Source: a virus (lineage: Duplodnaviria; Caudoviricetes). Taken from it: a DNA stretch of 24,949 nt. Shown here in pieces: positions 6,067-14,708 of this stretch. A model generated the notes under the pieces. That model was not told the DNA's origin, did not search any database, and saw nothing but the letters and a program-made list of their open reading frames with translations. Position 1 is the first letter of the stretch, and every line of letters begins with the position of its first letter. The translations under genes and the position numbers were made by a program. The stretch is taken from positions 1 to 24,949 of the IMG/VR virus record IMGVR_UViG_3300046103_003027; one strand, written 5' to 3'.

Positions 6067-7995
6067 TTAACGGGCGGTGCAGGGAGAGGAAAGCTTCACC
6101 GCCGTTCCCCAGCTTGCGCCAATTTCGATGTCGCAAAAGCTGGGTACCTCGATGGGCACGGCAGCTTGCATAATAGCAGCTATTGCTTCCGCCTCCTCTT
6201 TGTTTTTTACAGAGACGGCCAATTCGTCGTGTATCTGGATGAGCGGCACTTTCCCGGTCGCGTACACATCAACCATCGCTTGTTTGGTCATGTCGGCGGC
6301 AGACGCTTGGATAAGTCGATTTAAGGCTTTGTATGTGTACGCCCTTTTCAAGCGAGCGGTGGCCCCGTACTCCAATACCGCTTCTTGATACGGCAGGGCC
6401 TTTGTCATCTTAAACGTGTCGGGCTCCCACAAGTCGAAACGGCACTTGCGCCCCTTCAAAGATCGTATCGCACCTCCACTGGCCCTGTCGTTGAGCCGGT
6501 CTGTCACCCCGCGCATGAGCATTTTTACGAACGGAACCCTTTCGTGATACTGGGAAATCAGGTCTTTTGCGTCATCGAGCGGGATGTCGAGTTGCTCTGA
6601 CAACTTGTTAACACCCATGCCGTACATCATGCCGAGGTTAATGGTTTTTGCCTGCTTCCGGTCAATCCCAGCCATTTCAGCGACCATGGTGTGGAAGTCC
6701 ATATCCGGGTCGTTTCGATACCCGTCTACAAACTCTTCGACTCCCCGTAGCGGGAGGTCGCGGGATTTCCCAAAGATGTAAGCATAGTGGACCAAGATGC
6801 GCGGCTCTTGCTGCGAGAAATCAATAGACGCCCACTGGTCGCCCTCTTCCGGCAAGAACAGCGACCGGATCAGGGGTCCGAGTTCCGGGTCGCGGGCCGG
6901 TATCTGTTGCAAATTAGGGTTGGACATTGAAATACGCCCAGAGACCGTCCCGCCTTCGCCGTCTCGTATCTGGTTGATATTCCCGTGTATGCGACCATCA
7001 GGGCCAACGTGCTTCAAAATAGACGCAATGAAGGTGCCTTGGATTTTGTTCAAGGTCCGCGCTTCGACCACGAGCTTAGGGAGCTCGTGTGTCTGCTCGG
7101 CAAGGAAACCTTTTGTGAACGAGGGCGCACCGAGCTCGGTCCGCGGATATGGGACAGAGAGTTTGTCGAAAGCTGCGGAGAGGCTTGTTGCCGCCCAAAT
7201 TTCAACAGGGGAACCCACCAGTTCCTTGATGCGTTTTTTGACTTGGTTCTCGCGGTTCATCAGACCGACCTTTGCTCGCTCGGCGGCGTCGAGGTCTACA
7301 CGAACCCCGCGCCATGTCATCTCGACCAGACAGGGTATTAGCTTCAGTTCTAGGTCAACGATGTCCTGCAAGCCTTCTTGGCCGACTTTGACCCGGAAGA
7401 AGTTCCACAGCTCCAAGGTCAGTTCGGCGTCAACCTGTGCGTACGGCCCTACGAACATTGCGGGCATTTTCCACATCTCGGCCTTCGGGTCGAGGCCGAA
7501 CTCTCGCGCAGCTTCAACAAGGCCCTTCTCAGACTTAACCTTGTCGAGATAGGCGTACGCTATTGCGTTGAGCGAATACGACCGACGGTTTTCGTCCAGT
7601 AGGTTTGCGACGACCATTGTATCAATGATTCGACCGTTCACTTCTATCCCGTGCGCTTTGAGCCACCCAACGTCGTATTGCGCGTTATGAAAAACCTTAT
7701 CGGCAGGGGTGGCGCAGACTTTTCTCATCCAGCGCTCGACAAGGCGCTTGTCTAGGTTACCGCCGCCAAAGTGGTTAATGGGAAGGTAACCCGCCCAGCC
7801 GTCCACGGCGACGGCGTAGCCAACAATCTCGCCGTCTTTACGCGACCAGCCGGGGCCGCGTGTCAAAAGGTTTGGGTCACGGGTCTCGACATCTATGGCA
7901 ATAGTCTTCGCGTCGAAGATGTCCGGCAGCTCGGCGGGGGGCACCCACTCTGTTTTTAAGTCAGAAGCGAACAACGCCATTTGTAGAACAGTCAT
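6067..7995 (-). CDS. polA: Phage family A DNA polymerase with 3'-5' exonuclease domain (642 aa)
   Basis: ExoI IAIDVET, ExoII FHNAQYD, ExoIII YAQVD; TVSGRISMSNPNLQQIP; motif A DFSQQEPR, motif B RKQAKTINLGMMYG, motif C QIHDEL. No 5'-3' exonuclease domain. Confidence 0.98.
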   Translation of the reverse strand: MTVLQMALFASDLKTEWVPPAELPDIFDAKTIAIDVETRDPNLLTRGPGWSRKDGEIVGYAVAVDGWAGYLPINHFGGGNLDKRLVERWMRKVCATPADKVFHNAQYDVGWLKAHGIEVNGRIIDTMVVANLLDENRRSYSLNAIAYAYLDKVKSEKGLVEAAREFGLDPKAEMWKMPAMFVGPYAQVDAELTLELWNFFRVKVGQEGLQDIVDLELKLIPCLVEMTWRGVRVDLDAAERAKVGLMNRENQVKKRIKELVGSPVEIWAATSLSAAFDKLSVPYPRTELGAPSFTKGFLAEQTHELPKLVVEARTLNKIQGTFIASILKHVGPDGRIHGNINQIRDGEGGTVSGRISMSNPNLQQIPARDPELGPLIRSLFLPEEGDQWASIDFSQQEPRILVHYAYIFGKSRDLPLRGVEEFVDGYRNDPDMDFHTMVAEMAGIDRKQAKTINLGMMYGMGVNKLSEQLDIPLDDAKDLISQYHERVPFVKMLMRGVTDRLNDRASGGAIRSLKGRKCRFDLWEPDTFKMTKALPYQEAVLEYGATARLKRAYTYKALNRLIQASAADMTKQAMVDVYATGKVPLIQIHDELAVSVKNKEEAEAIAAIMQAAVPIEVPSFCDIEIGASWGTAVKLSSPCTAR

Positions 7996-8162
7996 TCTTT
8001 ATCCCTCAGTTTTAAAGGTCCCCGCTGCCCTTACGGAGCCAACGGATGCCCGACAGTAAGTCTTGAGCTAGACGTATCGCGCTTTTCAGTGCGCTAAGAA
8101 CCATGAAATCGATACCTTTGCGTCGGCCCTAGCCCCGGACCTTGCGTGGCTCATGCTCCCCC

Positions 8163-9755
8163 TCATCCGTAACGGTAATCAAGGTCAAGGCGAAAGGATT
8201 CCTTTTCTGAACGAGGGAGGACAAGGAACAAGCGGTCCTTTGTCCGCGTGATGCCAACATAGAACGTCCGGTGGAGGTCGTCGGAGCCCTCTTGGCTGGC
8301 GAAGGTCTCTCGGGTCGAGGCGTAGGAGAGGTCAGTATACAGAATCACGTTCTGCGCCTCACCGCCTTTCGCCCCGTGTATGGTAGAAAGCGTGACGCGG
8401 GGCTTACCCTCGAAAGTCTGGCCCCTGTTTTCAATAGCGCTCAGGTACACCCGGTGAGCCTCGGGCAATTTAGAAAGAGCCGCGGACCACGGTTGGTCTA
8501 TCGGGACCAGTAGGCCTATGTCTCGGCAGAGGTCGTCGTACGCCACCAAATCGTCGTCGTCTAACCCTACCGCCGTTTTGAAACCCCGGCGTACGTCTGG
8601 GCCGCTGCGGAGGAAACCATATAAAGCTCTCACCTCCTTGCCGTTTACCTCTTTGTTTTCCTGTAGCTTCTGCCACGCGAACACCGCTAAAAGCACTTTC
8701 TCGGGGATGCTCTTGCGGTTCTTCATCTCGTAGAAAACGCCCGCGGCCCGCAATACCTCTTCTGCGTTATCCAGCATGTAAGCGCACTGGGCTAAGATGA
8801 GCCAAGTACCCTCTGTCTGTATTTCCTCAAGCAGGTCGGCAACGCCGGAAACCCATTCAATTGCACCCTCTTCCTCTCGCGGGAGGTATTTCTTAGGGTA
8901 CCTGTCGGATATGTTACGGACAACGGACTCCGCAAGACGATGGACGGTTGCTGGTACCCGCCAACTTTGCGTCAGTGTTTCGGAGGTTCCGTCCAGTTCC
9001 AAGAAGGTGTTAACGTCCGCGCCCGCCCACCGGAAGATAGCTTGGTCGTCGTCGCCTGCGATAATGATGCGGTCAGCCTTATCTGCGATTGCGCGAACCA
9101 CGCTCCACTGGAGCCGGGACAAGTCCTGCGCTTCGTCCACAAATACAGTGTCAAACGTGGGGCACATTTGTTCGGCGTTCTCCAAGAACTCGATCAGCAT
9201 ATCTGTAAAGTCGAAGACCTGTTGCCTCTTCCGATAACTCTCGTACGCCTTGAACAGGTATAGTACCTGCGGCCACGGGTGTTCATACGCACCGTTCCAA
9301 GAGTCGTACGCTTGGCGCAGAGTGATTTGCTGGATGCGGGATGTGTTTATCAGGCCAAGTACCGTCTTCTTGTCGGGCAACGCGGTTGACAGGTCCTCGA
9401 CCATTTCGGGGTCTTTTTGGTCCCAACCGAAATCAAAAGACGTTTGCTCGGACAGCTCTCTCCAGTTTTCCGCGCTAAGAAGCTGGTCGAAACGAATACC
9501 CGAGTACCGGAAACAGAAACTATGCAGCGTACGGAAATGGATCAGGTCTTCCGGCTCCAAAGCGAAACGGGTCAGAGCCCGCCCTTTTGCTTCGTTCGCA
9601 GCTTTCTTGGTAAAAGCAAAAAACCCAATTCGGTCGGGGCGAACACCCTTCACGATCAGGTCGTCAATCTCGTTTAGTAGTCTAGTGGTTTTCCCGGTGC
9701 CGGGAGGTCCGAAGATGCGAAACCACTTAGAAGGGGACGTCGTTGTTGCGTCCAT
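8163..9755 (-). CDS. UvrD/Rep-like superfamily 1 helicase (530 aa)
   Basis: GPPGTGKT, FTKKAA, TLHS, VDEAQD, GDDDQAIF, QSWR, STIHGAKGGE, YVGITR. Confidence 0.96.
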   Translation of the reverse strand: MDATTTSPSKWFRIFGPPGTGKTTRLLNEIDDLIVKGVRPDRIGFFAFTKKAANEAKGRALTRFALEPEDLIHFRTLHSFCFRYSGIRFDQLLSAENWRELSEQTSFDFGWDQKDPEMVEDLSTALPDKKTVLGLINTSRIQQITLRQAYDSWNGAYEHPWPQVLYLFKAYESYRKRQQVFDFTDMLIEFLENAEQMCPTFDTVFVDEAQDLSRLQWSVVRAIADKADRIIIAGDDDQAIFRWAGADVNTFLELDGTSETLTQSWRVPATVHRLAESVVRNISDRYPKKYLPREEEGAIEWVSGVADLLEEIQTEGTWLILAQCAYMLDNAEEVLRAAGVFYEMKNRKSIPEKVLLAVFAWQKLQENKEVNGKEVRALYGFLRSGPDVRRGFKTAVGLDDDDLVAYDDLCRDIGLLVPIDQPWSAALSKLPEAHRVYLSAIENRGQTFEGKPRVTLSTIHGAKGGEAQNVILYTDLSYASTRETFASQEGSDDLHRTFYVGITRTKDRLFLVLPRSEKESFRLDLDYRYG

Positions 9756-11256
9756 CGAACGGGCTCCTTATTTTTACGCGGTCTTCTTGAAAGCACGGGA
9801 TTTTGTAGACGTTCACCGTACTGTCCTGCACGCGGATCTTACTGTGTTCGCCCCCTATTTCACGAAGACGCTGCGCCAATCTGTTACGCTTGTACTCGAA
9901 AAACTTATTACGTTGCAGGTAACTTTCGAGGTCCCTTAGACGAAAATAGGTGACGCCTTCGTCGTCGTCGGTCCACGGCTTCCCCAGTAGAATTTCTTCC
10001 CGGTTCTGCGCTTGTTGGAAGTGGATGCAAAAGTCTCGGAGGTACTCGTAGAAGATACCCCGGGTGGACTCTTCTTCAGCCACGGGAATGATCGCCGCGC
10101 TGTTGTTTCTAAGTTCCCCCAGCAGGGCCGCGATCCGCGTCTCCCAGACAGGTTTCGCGGACGTTGGCGGCAGGAAGTTAACCTGCTCCATACAGGCCTT
10201 CTGAAAAGAGGGTTGCGACATCAGGCCCTCGGTATCCAGTTCGATGGGGGTTCCGTTGACATCCAGAAACCAAACCGGGGGCAAAGAGTCGTACTTTCGG
10301 AGGTTTGCCATGGTGGCGTTAGCGGCCCCGCCAACCCCGAATTTTCGTGTCAGGCATGTGGGCCTGTCGCAGTACGCGTTGATCGGGGAATCGTTACACT
10401 TGTATGTGTAGTCTTTTTTCTTCAACTGGTTCACCACCACACCCATCTCGGACAGGCTTAATGGCGGGGTGAAATACTGCATGTTCCATTGCATAAGCTC
10501 CGTTTCCCATGAATCCGGGAAGGCTTTTTGCAGGTAAACACCGACACTAAACAGCCCGTTATTGCGGCCACCCTCGCTTATCTTCTTGGGCAAGAGCGCT
10601 TGGAGACAGGGCGGGCCGTCCTTGAGAAACTCTTTTTTCTCAATGGGAGACAGGGCGGCGATTTGTTCCGGGGTCTGGACGTTCTTCTCGTACAGCTCGA
10701 AGAACTCTTCGAGGGTGGCGGCGCTACCATCCTCGTTAAATGCGTGTCTCAGACTGTCTTCGTGCCCAAAATACGGCAGATTTATGGCGGACCCCACGTC
10801 TCCGCGGACTACATCAATGACGTCCTGCTTTGGAAATATCTCAGCATCCCCGAGGCCCATGCCTGCGGCGATCTTACGTAGCGCGGTCCGCATCTCAGCG
10901 GCGGGCATCCATTCTTTACTGAACAAGTAGCAGTGTGCGCCCCCTGATTTTGACCGATCCACCACTATCGGCAGCTTCTTTTCCAAGAAGAAGTCTATAA
11001 TTTTCTTATGATCTAGCGGGTACTGGTCGATATCGATGCACCCGAACTTAACTAAGGAGTCGGGGTTTAAGAGGAAAATCCCCAGACTACCGACCCCGTC
11101 AAGGTGCCTCCTGTATGTTTCGAGTGTAAGCGGGCTCCGTTTGGTGTCGTAGGCCGCTTCGTTTTTTCCCGCGCCGTTTTGTCCCTTTTGAACCATCATC
11201 AAGTACGCAGACGACAATCCTTCAAAGGCCGACGCAAACTTTTTTACGTGGTCCAT
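9727..11256 (-). CDS. Putative primase (AEP-like N-terminus plus PriCT-like domain; 509 aa)
   Basis: GCIDID (DxD), RSKSGGAH, INLPY; GPPCL..EGGRNNGLFSVG PriCT-like segment; Cys cluster; sits in the replication module. Confidence 0.8.
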   Translation of the reverse strand: MDHVKKFASAFEGLSSAYLMMVQKGQNGAGKNEAAYDTKRSPLTLETYRRHLDGVGSLGIFLLNPDSLVKFGCIDIDQYPLDHKKIIDFFLEKKLPIVVDRSKSGGAHCYLFSKEWMPAAEMRTALRKIAAGMGLGDAEIFPKQDVIDVVRGDVGSAINLPYFGHEDSLRHAFNEDGSAATLEEFFELYEKNVQTPEQIAALSPIEKKEFLKDGPPCLQALLPKKISEGGRNNGLFSVGVYLQKAFPDSWETELMQWNMQYFTPPLSLSEMGVVVNQLKKKDYTYKCNDSPINAYCDRPTCLTRKFGVGGAANATMANLRKYDSLPPVWFLDVNGTPIELDTEGLMSQPSFQKACMEQVNFLPPTSAKPVWETRIAALLGELRNNSAAIIPVAEEESTRGIFYEYLRDFCIHFQQAQNREEILLGKPWTDDDEGVTYFRLRDLESYLQRNKFFEYKRNRLAQRLREIGGEHSKIRVQDSTVNVYKIPCFQEDRVKIRSPFDGRNNDVPF

Positions 11257-11270
11257 GTCATTCCTTTGGC

Positions 11271-11297
11271 AGAAAGAGGGGCGGCAACCGCCGCCCC
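11271..11297 (-). terminator. Probable leaky terminator between the SSB and primase genes
   Basis: GGGGCGGC-N4-GCCGCCCC followed by an imperfect TCTTTCT tail. Confidence 0.65.
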
Positions 11298-11304
11298 AAA
11301 GGTA

Positions 11305-12120
11305 TCAAAACGGGATGTTGTCGTCCAACCGGCCCATGCCAGCGCCAGCGCCAGCGCCCACGCCAGCGCCTTCACCCTCGTGCTTTACGACAATGTCTCC
11401 GGCCATGATGGTGTCATGGAAGTCCTTAGCCCGCCGGAAAAGCTCTTCCGAGGCCACCATCTCTTCGCGAGAAACGTCCCAACCGTGCCAAGAACCCTTG
11501 GAGTTTTCTTCGGAATGTGTCTTCAACAGGTAGACGTGGGAGAAGCGAGGAGGAGTGAAAACATTCCCATTAGGGCCCCGCAACTGAACAGCGGCAACCA
11601 TGGAGTTCCACTTCCGGGACTTCTTTAACTGGGTCGATTTCATCGCAATCAACGCCGGTTCCGCTCCACCTTCTTCGGTCAGGAGAACAACGAAATGCTG
11701 GTGCGTCTCCTCGATGTAGTCACCTTCTCCGCCGACCACGTATTCCTTGTTGTCTTCCGAGGAGCGTTCCGTCTTCGGCATCACGTCCGAGGTAGAGTAC
11801 ACGTTCAGGGGTGCGCCGCTTCCGGAGCCGCGAGGAGCCCACTGAATAAACTTCTTCTGATAGGCGCACGGGATTACGCGTACGCCATCTTTACCTTTGT
11901 AAATCTGACCCGTGACGGTGTTGTAAATGTCGCCCTTGCGGGCATCTTCCCTGTCGTCCAAAATCGGGTCAAGCCCCGACAGGATTTTCAGGAACGGCAG
12001 GGCAAGATCGTCCTGCGTCAGGTTCTCAAGCCCCTCCGAAGAGGCTGCTTCAAACATTGAAAGAAGCGCGTCTACCGGGGCAACCTCGTTCTTCTTCTTT
12101 TCTGCAACTGCGTTAGCCAT
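11305..12120 (-). CDS. Putative phage single-stranded DNA-binding protein (271 aa)
   Basis: C-terminal DDNIPF tail after a Gly/Ala linker; DLALPFLKIL and NSKGSWHGW segments typical of phage SSB-like proteins; next to the primase. Confidence 0.75.
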   Translation of the reverse strand: MANAVAEKKKNEVAPVDALLSMFEAASSEGLENLTQDDLALPFLKILSGLDPILDDREDARKGDIYNTVTGQIYKGKDGVRVIPCAYQKKFIQWAPRGSGSGAPLNVYSTSDVMPKTERSSEDNKEYVVGGEGDYIEETHQHFVVLLTEEGGAEPALIAMKSTQLKKSRKWNSMVAAVQLRGPNGNVFTPPRFSHVYLLKTHSEENSKGSWHGWDVSREEMVASEELFRRAKDFHDTIMAGDIVVKHEGEGAGVGAGAGAGMGRLDDNIPF

Positions 12121-12122
12121 AA

Positions 12123-12716
12123 TTATTTAACTCCTTTGGGTTTTGAAATGGTGGCTCGTTGTCCGACCCATGCGCCAAAAAGCTCCATAGGAAAGTCGTC
12201 GCCAGCTTCGACGCGTTCTTTCACGAACGCGCGGAGGGTTGACGGGTGGACCTCTGTTTTCGCCTCGGCGCAGTAGCCGCTGCTTTCTGCTAGCTCGTAA
12301 AACTCACGAGCATCTTCGTCTTCGTCGCGCCCGAACGTACAGGAAACAGTGTTCTTGATGAGATCCCCGTAGCCGTGGTCGCGTAGCCATTGGTGAACTT
12401 GCGGTCGGTTTGCGACCAGCGGCGTTGCTGAGTACGTCTCCCGGACCATTAGCTCGCTACCGTCTTCCATCTTAAACGACTGCAAGCCCAGCTCCGAAAA
12501 CAGCGTAGGCATGACGTCATCCGTCAACCGGCGCATTTCTGTTTCGGCCTGTTTGAGAGCTTCTTTTGCCATTCCGACTTCCTGCTCTTGGAGCCGAATC
12601 TGGCGGGCGGTGTCCGCTACACTCGAAAGTGCGTTCTGGCCTATGCCTTCGACACCGCTTGCTGCGGTCTTTTCATGTTCATCTTCGAGAACGCGTAACA
12701 TATTAAAATCGTTCAT
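12123..12716 (-). CDS. Conserved phage replication-module protein (coiled coil plus globular domain)
   Basis: WLRDHGYGDLIK..VHPSTLRAFVKE pattern, often found upstream of phage SSB genes. ATG 12716 has an AGGAAG RBS (the track uses TTG 12722). Confidence 0.85.
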   Translation of the reverse strand: MNDFNMLRVLEDEHEKTAASGVEGIGQNALSSVADTARQIRLQEQEVGMAKEALKQAETEMRRLTDDVMPTLFSELGLQSFKMEDGSELMVRETYSATPLVANRPQVHQWLRDHGYGDLIKNTVSCTFGRDEDEDAREFYELAESSGYCAEAKTEVHPSTLRAFVKERVEAGDDFPMELFGAWVGQRATISKPKGVK

Positions 12717-12757
12717 TATCAACTTCCTTAGTCCGTGGTTATGGCCTCTGTCGAGGC

Positions 12758-12797
12758 TTGACTGAACCTATATACTCAGATAAGTTTGCATAGTCAA
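12758..12797. promoter_or_regulatory. Overlapping divergent sigma70-type promoters
   Basis: Plus: TTGACT (12758-63)-N17-TAAGTT (12781-86). Minus: TTGACT (12797-92)-N17-TATATA (12774-69). Confidence 0.75.
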
Positions 12798-12812
12798 CAG
12801 GGAAATTAAGCC

Positions 12813-14261
12813 ATGGAAAATTACGCCTTCAAAACGGAGCCCTTCGACCACCAGTGCGTAGCGCTAGACGCCTCATGGTCGAAGCCGTACCACGCGCTGT
12901 TTATGGAAATGGGCACGGGTAAGTCAAAAGTCATTGTCGATACGATAGGCAAGCTGTTTGAGTCTGGAGAAATCAACGCGGCACTCGTGGTAGCCCCGAA
13001 AGGCGTTTACGACAACTGGTTGCGGAAAGAGATTCCGCAGCATCTGCCCGACCGCATACAGCGGAAGATGGTTCGCTGGGTTCCGGACAAGACAAAGAAG
13101 TTCGAGGAGGAGCTTTACGACTTGGTGATGAACCCTTACGAAGGCCTCAAGCTTTTTGTTGTGAACATAGAAGCCTTCAGCTCGGGCCGTGGGGCGCAGG
13201 CCGCGTACGCCTTTTTAGAGCAGAACCCGGACAATATGATGGTGGTCGATGAGTCCACTACTATTAAAAACCGGAAGGCGATGCGTACAAAGAATGTTGT
13301 TCAGGCTCGGGACATTGCGAAGTACCGCCGTATCTTGACGGGTACCCCCATCACGAAAAGCCCAATGGACCTTTTTTCGCAGTGTAATTTCCTGAGCCCA
13401 AAGGCCTTGGGCGGTGACAGCTTTTTTGCTTTCAAGAACCGGTACGCGATAATCCAGCGGCGATCCATGGGTCACCGCTCGTTTCAGGAGATTGTCGGAT
13501 ACCGGCGCTTAGAAGAACTTACAGAAAAACTGGAGGATTTTTCGAGCCGTGTTTTGAAGGTCGATTGCCTTGACCTCCCAGAGAAGCTCTTTATCCGCCG
13601 GGATGTCGCGCTGACGACGGAACAGGAGGGTGTATACAATCAAATGAAGAAACTCGCTCTGGCCGTTTTAGAGAACGGGAACAAGGCGACGACACAGAGT
13701 GTCTTAACACAGCTTATGCGTCTGCAACAGATCTGTTGCGGGTTTTTCCAACCCGACGAGAAGCCTTTGGAGGAGATCAAAAGCAACCGCCTTACAGAGC
13801 TTATGGAGGTTTTGGAAGATGTTCGCGGCAAGGCCATCGTCTGGGCGACCTTTACACATAGCCTGAAACAGATTGAGCGCGAAATAACCGCGGTCTACGG
13901 TCCGCGTTCCGTGGCGTCCTACTTTGGGGAAACCAGACAGGAAGATCGTCAGGACATTGTTACGCGGTTCCAAGACCCGGACGATCCCCTGCGGTTTTTC
14001 GTCGGCCAGCCGCGGACCGGGGGCTACGGGATCACTCTGACGGAGGCGACGACAGTGGTGTACTTCTCCAACAGCTACGATCTGGAGATTCGACTGCAAT
14101 CCGAGGACCGCGCACATCGGATTGGGCAGAAGAAGGCCGTGACCTATGTTGATCTTGTGTCAAAGGGCACTATTGACGAGAAGATACTAAATGCCCTTTA
14201 CGACAAAAACGTGCTGGCTGGGAAGGTTCTTGGCGAAGAGGTGAGGAACTGGCTAGCGTAA
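12813..14261 (+). CDS. SNF2-family (SF2) helicase/ATPase (482 aa)
   Basis: MEMGTGKS, VVAPK, VVDEST, LTGTP, LMRLQQI, GGYGITLT, QSEDRAHRIGQ. Confidence 0.96.
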   Translation: MENYAFKTEPFDHQCVALDASWSKPYHALFMEMGTGKSKVIVDTIGKLFESGEINAALVVAPKGVYDNWLRKEIPQHLPDRIQRKMVRWVPDKTKKFEEELYDLVMNPYEGLKLFVVNIEAFSSGRGAQAAYAFLEQNPDNMMVVDESTTIKNRKAMRTKNVVQARDIAKYRRILTGTPITKSPMDLFSQCNFLSPKALGGDSFFAFKNRYAIIQRRSMGHRSFQEIVGYRRLEELTEKLEDFSSRVLKVDCLDLPEKLFIRRDVALTTEQEGVYNQMKKLALAVLENGNKATTQSVLTQLMRLQQICCGFFQPDEKPLEEIKSNRLTELMEVLEDVRGKAIVWATFTHSLKQIEREITAVYGPRSVASYFGETRQEDRQDIVTRFQDPDDPLRFFVGQPRTGGYGITLTEATTVVYFSNSYDLEIRLQSEDRAHRIGQKKAVTYVDLVSKGTIDEKILNALYDKNVLAGKVLGEEVRNWLA

Positions 14262-14708
14262 AAGGCCTTTTTGGTACCCGTCAGACTTGTTGTAAGTCAG
14301 GACCTCGTTCCGCTGCGCGGCCATACTCGTTGCGATACTGCAATGCACCCAGCCGGACTTCGGTTGCCCCGGGGTGTAGCATTCCAAAATGAGTTGGTCG
14401 AAGTCGAGGTTGTCCTTGATCCAAGCGGCAAGCTCGTAGTTATCGACTCCGGGTACTTCGAAGTCGGCGGCTTGCCCTTTAGCATGTTGTGATTTGGCGC
14501 TACTACCGATTGCTTCACAAAGTTCCACGGACCGATATCCGGAAGACGGGGAGAACGGAATACCGTACCACGCGCGGACAGGCTCCAGTATCTCTTCACA
14601 GAGCCTCTCAAGGTAAGCTTCTGCGAAGGAGTCCGGAGTGTTGTCAATCCCCAACCGTTCGGCGGTTTGGCTCTTTGTCAGTTCCCGGAGGGAAAAGTGT
14701 TTAGACAT
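14253..14708 (-). CDS. Peptidase M15A-family Zn peptidase, probable endolysin (151 aa)
   Basis: SKHFSLREL, SSGYRS, SQHAKGQAADF (H-x6-D), DQLILE, WVHCS. Confidence 0.93.
   Translation of the reverse strand: MSKHFSLRELTKSQTAERLGIDNTPDSFAEAYLERLCEEILEPVRAWYGIPFSPSSGYRSVELCEAIGSSAKSQHAKGQAADFEVPGVDNYELAAWIKDNLDFDQLILECYTPGQPKSGWVHCSIATSMAAQRNEVLTYNKSDGYQKGLLR

Noticed and set aside
7996-8166. Possible 26-aa (8166 start) and 30-aa (8104 start) micro-ORFs between helicase and polymerase
   Set aside because: Too short, with no motif and ambiguous RBS; neither can be supported.
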